NCBI GenBank assembly: GCA_011620315.1
Contig: WOZO01000063.1
Span: 7,968 to 71,967, forward strand
Length of the DNA: 64,000 nt
Source: Sideroxydans sp.
GTDB taxonomy: Bacteria; Pseudomonadota; Gammaproteobacteria; Burkholderiales; Gallionellaceae
Direction: 5' to 3'
The notes under the pieces were generated by a model, which saw only the letters and a list, made by a program, of their open reading frames with translations, made no database searches and was not told where the DNA came from. Positions 57,617 to 64,000 of the stretch are shown in pieces. Made by a program: the position numbers and the translations under genes. Position 1 is the first letter of the stretch. Each line of letters starts with the position of its first letter.

Positions 57617-58830
57617 GCGGCGGGTTGCGCCTGCAACAGCGCATGCGCATGCGCCAGCACTTGCTGCGGCGTGATGCGTTTCAGGCACTGGTTGTCGCCG
57701 TCGCACGGCGAGTTGCGGTGGTTGTACGCCGTCAGGCAGGGCGAGCAGGACAGGCCGGTGAACAGGCAATGGATGTTGGGCGCGAGCGGGCTGTACAGCG
57801 CGGGCGTCTCCGGCCCGAAGAACACCAGCGTCGGCAGGGAAGTGAGCGCGGCGAACTGCCCCGGCCCGCCGTCGTTGGTCACCAGCAGCGAGGCGCGCTG
57901 GAACACGGCCAGCAGATGACGCACGTTGCGCGTGTAGCCGGTAAGGTCGATGCAGTGCTCGTGTTTGCAATGCGCCACGATGCGTTTGGCCAGCGGCTTG
58001 GCGTCCGGCAGACCGATCAGACCGAGCACATATCCTCCCTGCAGCAATTCATCGCACAGTTGTTCGTAGTATTCCGGCGGCCAGGCGCGGATGGGCAGGA
58101 TGCCGCCGTCGGGATAGACCAGCACCATCTTCTTGCCGCCCAGCACCGGATAGTCTTCTTCCAGCTGCGCGATCTCGCGCGCCACTTCGCCTTCCTCGAA
58201 CTGCAGCAGCGGCGGTGCGCCGACTGCGCCGGGCATTCGCTTGGCGATGGGGCGACCGCCCGACTCGATGGCCTCGACCATGGTCAGAAACTGCTGCGAC
58301 AGATGCTGGTAGGGGTTGTACATGACCTTGCGGTTCATGAACGAACCGCGGTACAGACCTTCCTGTGTGTGCGCCTCGAAACCGACGCGCACTTTCGCGC
58401 CGGACAGGTAGGAGAAGATGCTGCTGATGCGCGTGAACAGTTCGCAGTCGATCACCACGTCGAAGTCCAGCGCGCGCATCCTGCGGATGGCTTGCAGGCT
58501 ATCCCCGGCCAGATCGCCCAGCGCCTTGTCGTTGAGGGTGATGACGTTCTCTTTGGGCATCACGCCCTGCAGGTCGAGCACTTCGCGATTCTTGCGGAAC
58601 ATCAGCATGTACAGCTCTGCGCCGGGATAGCGGCGTTTGAGGTCGGCGAACATGGGCTGCGCCAGCACCAGGCTGCCCATCTCGGACAGGAGCACGATCA
58701 GGATGCGGCGGGGCTGCCCGACCTTGGCAGGCGCGACGAACGCCGACTTGACGCGCTCATAAAGCGACAAGACCGCGCAGATGGGGATGCCTGCCAGCCG
58801 GTCGACGGCTCTCTGGAAATCGATGTTCAA
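57613..58830 (-). CDS. Glycosyltransferase family 9 (heptosyltransferase-like)
   Basis: TTG start 58830; RILIVLLSEMGSLVLA.P...LK..YP.A, RAWPPEYY, IDLTG, LVTNDGGP...AAL, FFGPE. Confidence 0.88.
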   Translation of the reverse strand: MNIDFQRAVDRLAGIPICAVLSLYERVKSAFVAPAKVGQPRRILIVLLSEMGSLVLAQPMFADLKRRYPGAELYMLMFRKNREVLDLQGVMPKENVITLNDKALGDLAGDSLQAIRRMRALDFDVVIDCELFTRISSIFSYLSGAKVRVGFEAHTQEGLYRGSFMNRKVMYNPYQHLSQQFLTMVEAIESGGRPIAKRMPGAVGAPPLLQFEEGEVAREIAQLEEDYPVLGGKKMVLVYPDGGILPIRAWPPEYYEQLCDELLQGGYVLGLIGLPDAKPLAKRIVAHCKHEHCIDLTGYTRNVRHLLAVFQRASLLVTNDGGPGQFAALTSLPTLVFFGPETPALYSPLAPNIHCLFTGLSCSPCLTAYNHRNSPCDGDNQCLKRITPQQVLAHAHALLQAQPAA

Positions 58831-58962
58831 TGGATAGTCCCTGGCTTGAAGAAAACAGAATGCGGCAGTACCGTCATTCGGCGCGCCGGAATTATCGGCT
58901 AAAGCGCCATCTCGGACAAGCCGGGATATCCCGGCTGTTCGCGCCACCCCACTTGGTGTAAA

Positions 58963-60279
58963 TTGCCGCGCATGGACGCAACCAGCACAGCCCCGCAAAC
59001 CACCCACCCGCCCGCCTTCCTTGGAAACTACCGTATCCTGCGCAAGATCGGGCACGGCGCGACCAGCGAAGTGTTCCTGGGATTCGACCCGTTCAACAAG
59101 CGCGAGGTCGCGATCAAGGTCATCAAACAATCTTTTCTTGAAGATTCGCGCAACGGTCGCCAGAACCGCAAACACCTGCAGAACGAGGCCACGCTGGCCG
59201 GCACGCTGAACCATCCGCACATCGTCGACATGTACGAGGCGGTGATCGGCGAGGACATCAGCTATATCGCCATGGAGTTCGTGCCCGGCGGCACGCTGGA
59301 ACAGCATATCCATTCCGACAATCTGCTGCCGCTGGATGCCGTGGTGGAGCGCATGTACGAATGCTGCCGCGCGCTCAACTACGCGCAATACAACGGCGTG
59401 ATCCACCGCGACATCAAACCGGCCAACCTGCTGCTGGACGAGAACGGCCAGATCAAGATCTCGGATCTCGGTGCCGCGGTACGCATGGACGTCGAGCAGA
59501 CGCAGAGCAATGTCGGTTCGCCAAACTATATGTCGCCGGAACAGGTGCGCGGCGAATCGCTGTCGCACCTGACCGACATCTATTCGCTGGGCGTGGTGAT
59601 GTACCGCCTGCTCACCGGCCACTCGCCCTACAGCCCGAAGAATCTGGCGCATCTGTACCAGCAGATCATGAACGAGATGCCGCCCATGCCCACCTCGCTG
59701 CGCAAAGACCTTCCGCCGCAACTGGAACGCATCGTGATGCGCGCCCTGCAAAAGCACCCGGCGGACCGCTACGCCAGCTGGCGCGAGTTCGGCGACGATC
59801 TGGCCGCACTGGGCCATTTCGAGAAGAGCGATCTGGAGGTGGCCGAGAACGAGAAATTCAATATCCTGCGCAAGATGAAGTTCTTCACCGACTTCAGTGA
59901 TCTGGAACTGTGGGAAGTGCTGCGCATCGCCGAATGGCATAAACAGCCGGAGAAAACCGTGCTGATGCGCGAGGACGAAATGAGCGACGCCGTCTATTTC
60001 ATCATCGACGGCAGCGTCAGCGTCACGCGCGGCACACGATTATTGATCGCGCTGCGCGGCGGCGACTGCTGCGGCGAGATGGCCTACATCCGCGGCAAGC
60101 AACTGCCGCGCTCGGCCACCGTCACCGCCAACACCGAAATCTCGGTGATGAAGCTCGACCCGCAGCAGCTCGCGCAGCTTTCCGACAGCTGCCAGAGCCA
60201 TTTCAACCAGGCTTTTCTATATGTGCTGGCGGAACGCCTGCGCCTGGCCGACGAGCGCATCGCGCGTCTGGTCAGTTAG
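58963..60279 (+). CDS. Ser/Thr protein kinase with C-terminal cNMP-binding domain (paralog 1)
   Basis: [42 protein letters not shown]; GEMAY...RSATV. Confidence 0.92.
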   Translation: MPRMDATSTAPQTTHPPAFLGNYRILRKIGHGATSEVFLGFDPFNKREVAIKVIKQSFLEDSRNGRQNRKHLQNEATLAGTLNHPHIVDMYEAVIGEDISYIAMEFVPGGTLEQHIHSDNLLPLDAVVERMYECCRALNYAQYNGVIHRDIKPANLLLDENGQIKISDLGAAVRMDVEQTQSNVGSPNYMSPEQVRGESLSHLTDIYSLGVVMYRLLTGHSPYSPKNLAHLYQQIMNEMPPMPTSLRKDLPPQLERIVMRALQKHPADRYASWREFGDDLAALGHFEKSDLEVAENEKFNILRKMKFFTDFSDLELWEVLRIAEWHKQPEKTVLMREDEMSDAVYFIIDGSVSVTRGTRLLIALRGGDCCGEMAYIRGKQLPRSATVTANTEISVMKLDPQQLAQLSDSCQSHFNQAFLYVLAERLRLADERIARLVS

Positions 60280-60311
60280 AATCTCGCCCTTACCAAACGG
60301 AGGAACGCCAC

Positions 60312-60698
60312 ATGGCACAAAAAACCATCATCCAAACGCCCGACGCGCCCGCCGCCATCGGCACCTACTCCCAGGCGGTGCGCGTCAACGATACCGTCTA
60401 CCTGTCCGGCCAGATCGGCCTCGACCCGGCCAGCATGCAGATGGTGGATGGCATCGAGGCGCAGGTGCACCGTGTGTTCCAGAACCTGCGCGCCGTCGCC
60501 AATGCCGTCGGCGGTAGCCTGGAAGACGTGGTCAAGCTCAACATCTTCCTCACCGACCTGGGCCATTTCGCCAAGGTCAACGAGATCATGGCCACCTATT
60601 TCCGCCAGCCCTACCCGGCGCGCGCCGCCGTCGGCGTCGCCAGTCTGCCGCGCGATGCGCTGGTGGAGGCGGACGGAGTGATCGTGCTAGGTGATTGA
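60312..60698 (+). CDS. ridA: RidA/YjgF-family deaminase
   Basis: [39 protein letters not shown]. Confidence 0.92.
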   Translation: MAQKTIIQTPDAPAAIGTYSQAVRVNDTVYLSGQIGLDPASMQMVDGIEAQVHRVFQNLRAVANAVGGSLEDVVKLNIFLTDLGHFAKVNEIMATYFRQPYPARAAVGVASLPRDALVEADGVIVLGD

Positions 60699-60710
60699 GA
60701 TGGAACAGCA

Positions 60711-61991
60711 GTGACACACCCAAAATCGATCGGCAAATACGCCATCCGGCAGGTCCTCGGGCACGGCACCACCAGCGTGGTCTATCGCGGTTTCGATCCC
60801 TTCGCCAACCGCGAAGTGGCGATCAAGGTACTGAAGCAGGAGATCCTCAACGACGCGCGCATGGGCAAGGCGTTCCGCCGCCAGCTCGACAATGAAGCGT
60901 CGCTGGTCGGCCGTCTGGAACACCCGCACATCGTTTCGATCTACGACGCGCTGATCAGCGACGGCGAGAGCTACATCGTGATGGAATACGTCAGCGGCGG
61001 CACGCTGGAAAAATTCACCGAACCGGACAGCCTGCTGCCCGTCGACCGCGTGATCGAGTACATGTTCAAGTGCTGCCGCGCGCTGAACTACGCGCAGTAC
61101 AACGGCGTCATCCACCGCGACATCAAGCCGGCCAACATGATGCTGACCGAGGACGGCGACATCAAGATCTCCGACATGGGTGCCGCCCTGCTGCTTGATC
61201 TGGAACAGACCCAGGTCAGCAACCTCGGTTCGCCCAACTACATGTCTCCGGAGCAACTGGGCGGTGAAACCCTCACCCACCAGACCGACATCTACTCGCT
61301 GGGCGTGGTGATGTATCGTTTGCTGTGCGGGCAGGCGCCCTACCGCGCGCAAAGTCTGGCCAGCCTGTGCCACCAGATCCTCAATACGCCGCCCGCGCCG
61401 CTGCGCACCTATTGCGCAGACATCCCGCCAGAGCTGGAGCAGATCGTGGCGCGCGCGATGCAGAAAGACAAAAGCCTGCGCTACCAGAACTGGCGCGACT
61501 TCGGCAACGACCTCGCGGCGCTGGGCCACTACAAACATTCCGATCCCGCCGTCAACCAGACGGAAAAATTCACCACGCTGCGCGGCATGTCGCTGTTCAG
61601 TGATTTTTCCGATACCGAACTGTGGGAGATCCTGCGCATCGGCGAATGGCAGAAGCGACCGGCGCAGACCGTGCTGATGCGCGAGGACGAGCTGGGCGAC
61701 GATTTTTACATCATGATCAGCGGCACGGTGAACATCACCAAGAACGGCTACCTGCTCAACCTGATCAGCCGCGACGATTGCTTCGGCGAGATGGCCTACA
61801 TCAGCGGCCGCGTCGTGCATCGCTCGGCCACCGTCACGGCCGGCACCGATGTGACGGTGATGAAAATCGCGCCAAAATTGCTGAACGAATTGTCCGACCA
61901 CTGCCAGCTGCATTTCAATCAGGCCTTCCTGCGCGTGATGGCCGACCGGCTGCGCATGGCCGATTCGCGCTTCGCCAAACTGGCCAGCTAG
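60711..61991 (+). CDS. Ser/Thr protein kinase with C-terminal cNMP-binding domain (paralog 2)
   Basis: [37 protein letters not shown]; FGEMAY...RSATV. Confidence 0.92.
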   Translation: MTHPKSIGKYAIRQVLGHGTTSVVYRGFDPFANREVAIKVLKQEILNDARMGKAFRRQLDNEASLVGRLEHPHIVSIYDALISDGESYIVMEYVSGGTLEKFTEPDSLLPVDRVIEYMFKCCRALNYAQYNGVIHRDIKPANMMLTEDGDIKISDMGAALLLDLEQTQVSNLGSPNYMSPEQLGGETLTHQTDIYSLGVVMYRLLCGQAPYRAQSLASLCHQILNTPPAPLRTYCADIPPELEQIVARAMQKDKSLRYQNWRDFGNDLAALGHYKHSDPAVNQTEKFTTLRGMSLFSDFSDTELWEILRIGEWQKRPAQTVLMREDELGDDFYIMISGTVNITKNGYLLNLISRDDCFGEMAYISGRVVHRSATVTAGTDVTVMKIAPKLLNELSDHCQLHFNQAFLRVMADRLRMADSRFAKLAS

Positions 61992-62005
61992 GTCACCCGG
62001 CTTTG

Positions 62006-64000
62006 ATGGCGACCTTGGCCACTCCCCTGAAGATCGCGCCGGCCACGCTGGCCAAACTGGCAAAGATCGGCATCCATCACCGCGCCGATCTGCTGTTGCA
62101 CCTGCCTTTGCGCTACGAAGACGAGACCCATCTCACCCCCATCGCCCAGGCACTGCCGGGCGAGACGGTGCAGGTGCAGGGCGAGGTCACGCATTGCGAG
62201 GTGATGTTCCGCCCGCGCCGCACATTGGTGTGCCGCATCCGGCAGGGCAAGGAAGAACTCACGCTGCGCTTCCTGAATTTCTATCCCGGCCAGCAGAAAC
62301 AGCTCGCCGTCGGCAAACAGATACGCGCCGTCGGCGAAGTGCGCGGCGGATTCTTCGGGCTGGAGATGGTGCATCCGAAATGCAAGGCAGTGGACGACGA
62401 AACGCCGCTGCCGCAGAGCCTGTCGCCGGTGTATCCCACCACAGCCGGCCTGTCGCAGACCGTGTTGCGCAAGCTGATCAACAACGCGCTGGAGAGCATC
62501 CCGCTCAGCGACACCCTGCCCGCGCCCTTGCTCGAACGCCTGCAACTGGCTGATTTCGGCGACAGCCTGCGCCTGCTGCACAATCCCACGCCGGACATCT
62601 CTGCCGCCACGCTGGGGAAGCGCAGCCACAGCGCCTGGCGGCGCATCAAGTTCGACGAACTGCTGGCGCAGCAACTGTCGATGCGCGTGCATCACCGCGA
62701 ACGCAGCAAACGCCTCGCCCCCGCCCTGCCCGCACACGACAAACTCACCCATGCCCTGCTGAAAAAATTGCCCTTCCAGCTCACCGGCGCGCAGCAAAAA
62801 GTCTGGCGCGAGATCGCGCACGACCTCACGCAGTCGCACCCCATGCAGCGCCTGCTGCTGGGCGACGTGGGCAGCGGCAAGACCATCGTCGCCGCACTGG
62901 CCGCATTGCAGGCGATAGAGAACGGCTATCAGGTCGCGTTCATGGCCCCCACCGAGATATTGGCCGAGCAGCATTATCTGAAGCTGCACGAATGGCTGGC
63001 ACCGCTCGGCATCGAACCGGTGTGGCTGTCCGGCAGCCTGAAAAAGAAAGCCAAGACCGAGGCCGCCGCGCGCATCTCGTCGGGCGACACCCTGCTTGCC
63101 ATCGGCACGCACGCGCTGTTCCAGAAGGATGTCGAGTTCCACAAACTCGGCCTCGCCATCATCGACGAGCAGCACAAGTTCGGCGTGCAGCAGCGGCTGG
63201 CGCTGCGCAACAAGGGCAAGGAACCGCACCAACTGATGATGAGCGCCACGCCCATCCCGCGCACGCTGGCCATGAGCTATTACGCCGACCTCGACGTGTC
63301 GGTGATCGACGAACTGCCGCCGGGGCGCACGCCCATCGTCACCAAACTGGTGAGCGACGCGCGGCGAGAGGAAGTGTTCGAGCGCGTGCGCCAGGCCTGC
63401 CTCAAAGGCCGGCAAGCCTATTGGGTGTGCCCTTTGATCGACGAGAGCGAAGCGCTGCAACTGCAGACCGCGCTGGACACGCACGCCACGCTGAGCGAGA
63501 TATTCCCCGAGCTGCGCATCGGCCTCGCCCACGGCAAACTGGGCAGCGAGGAGAAGGCCGCCACCATGGCGGCGTTCAAAGCGGGCGAGCTGCAACTGCT
63601 GGTCGCCACCACGGTGATCGAGGTCGGCGTGGATGTGCCCAACGCCAGCCTGATGGTGATCGACCACGCCGAACGCATGGGGCTGGCGCAGCTGCACCAG
63701 TTGCGCGGTCGCGTCGGACGCGGTGCAGCGGAGAGCATGTGCGTGCTGCTGTTCCAGCAGCCGCTGTCGGAACTGGCGCGCGAACGGCTGCGCGTGATCT
63801 ACGAGAACACCGACGGCTTCGTCATCGCGCAGCAGGATTTACAATTGCGCGGCCCCGGCGAACTGCTGGGCGCGCGCCAGAGCGGCGTGGCCATGCTGCG
63901 CTTCGCCGACATCAGCGAAGACGAAGAACTGCTGGATACGGCGCGCGAAATCGCCGACGAACTTCTGCGCGAACACCCGGATGCGGCGCGCGCGCACTTA
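62006..64000 (+). CDS. recG: ATP-dependent DNA helicase RecG (3'-partial)
   Basis: ATG 62006; LHLPLRYED, RLLLGDVGSGKT, MAPTEILAEQH, IIDEQHKFG, MSATPIPRTL, LHQLRGRVGRG, RGPGELLG.RQSG. Confidence 0.96.
   Translation, partial: MATLATPLKIAPATLAKLAKIGIHHRADLLLHLPLRYEDETHLTPIAQALPGETVQVQGEVTHCEVMFRPRRTLVCRIRQGKEELTLRFLNFYPGQQKQLAVGKQIRAVGEVRGGFFGLEMVHPKCKAVDDETPLPQSLSPVYPTTAGLSQTVLRKLINNALESIPLSDTLPAPLLERLQLADFGDSLRLLHNPTPDISAATLGKRSHSAWRRIKFDELLAQQLSMRVHHRERSKRLAPALPAHDKLTHALLKKLPFQLTGAQQKVWREIAHDLTQSHPMQRLLLGDVGSGKTIVAALAALQAIENGYQVAFMAPTEILAEQHYLKLHEWLAPLGIEPVWLSGSLKKKAKTEAAARISSGDTLLAIGTHALFQKDVEFHKLGLAIIDEQHKFGVQQRLALRNKGKEPHQLMMSATPIPRTLAMSYYADLDVSVIDELPPGRTPIVTKLVSDARREEVFERVRQACLKGRQAYWVCPLIDESEALQLQTALDTHATLSEIFPELRIGLAHGKLGSEEKAATMAAFKAGELQLLVATTVIEVGVDVPNASLMVIDHAERMGLAQLHQLRGRVGRGAAESMCVLLFQQPLSELARERLRVIYENTDGFVIAQQDLQLRGPGELLGARQSGVAMLRFADISEDEELLDTAREIADELLREHPDAARAHL

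Overview
A GC-rich betaproteobacterial chromosome segment. The non-canonical LexA box and gene content suggest Gallionellaceae/Sideroxydans-like, which is an inference. About 48 kb is a nitrogen-fixation accessory region: nifENX-rseC-DUF269-DUF683-fdxB-FeSI, lrv operon, modEABC, nifB-fdxN-nifO-fprA-fdx-FeSII-nifQ-draG, and iscA-nifUSV-cysE-orf-nifWZM. It has multiple clear sigma54 promoters, NifA UAS and ModE boxes, and it ends at the 3' end of tRNA-Pro(CGG). nifHDK, nifA and draT are not in the window. The nif genes are interrupted by decaying accessory inserts: TA pseudogenes, an IS66 end, a J-domain/FliL-like locus flanked by a duplicated gene 3' end, umuDC/higBA, and a truncated pfkA. At least four families of short palindromic repeats occur, some in frame inside nif genes. 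Beyond the tRNA lie ispB, an RHH/ParE TA pair, an AT-rich GHKL-nuclease defence candidate, an envelope-modification operon (GT9-GtrA-ArnT-like-sialidase-like-membrane protein-MFS), two kinase-cNMP paralogs around ridA, and recG (partial). Start coordinates were read by eye, and family assignments rest on motif recognition, not database searches.
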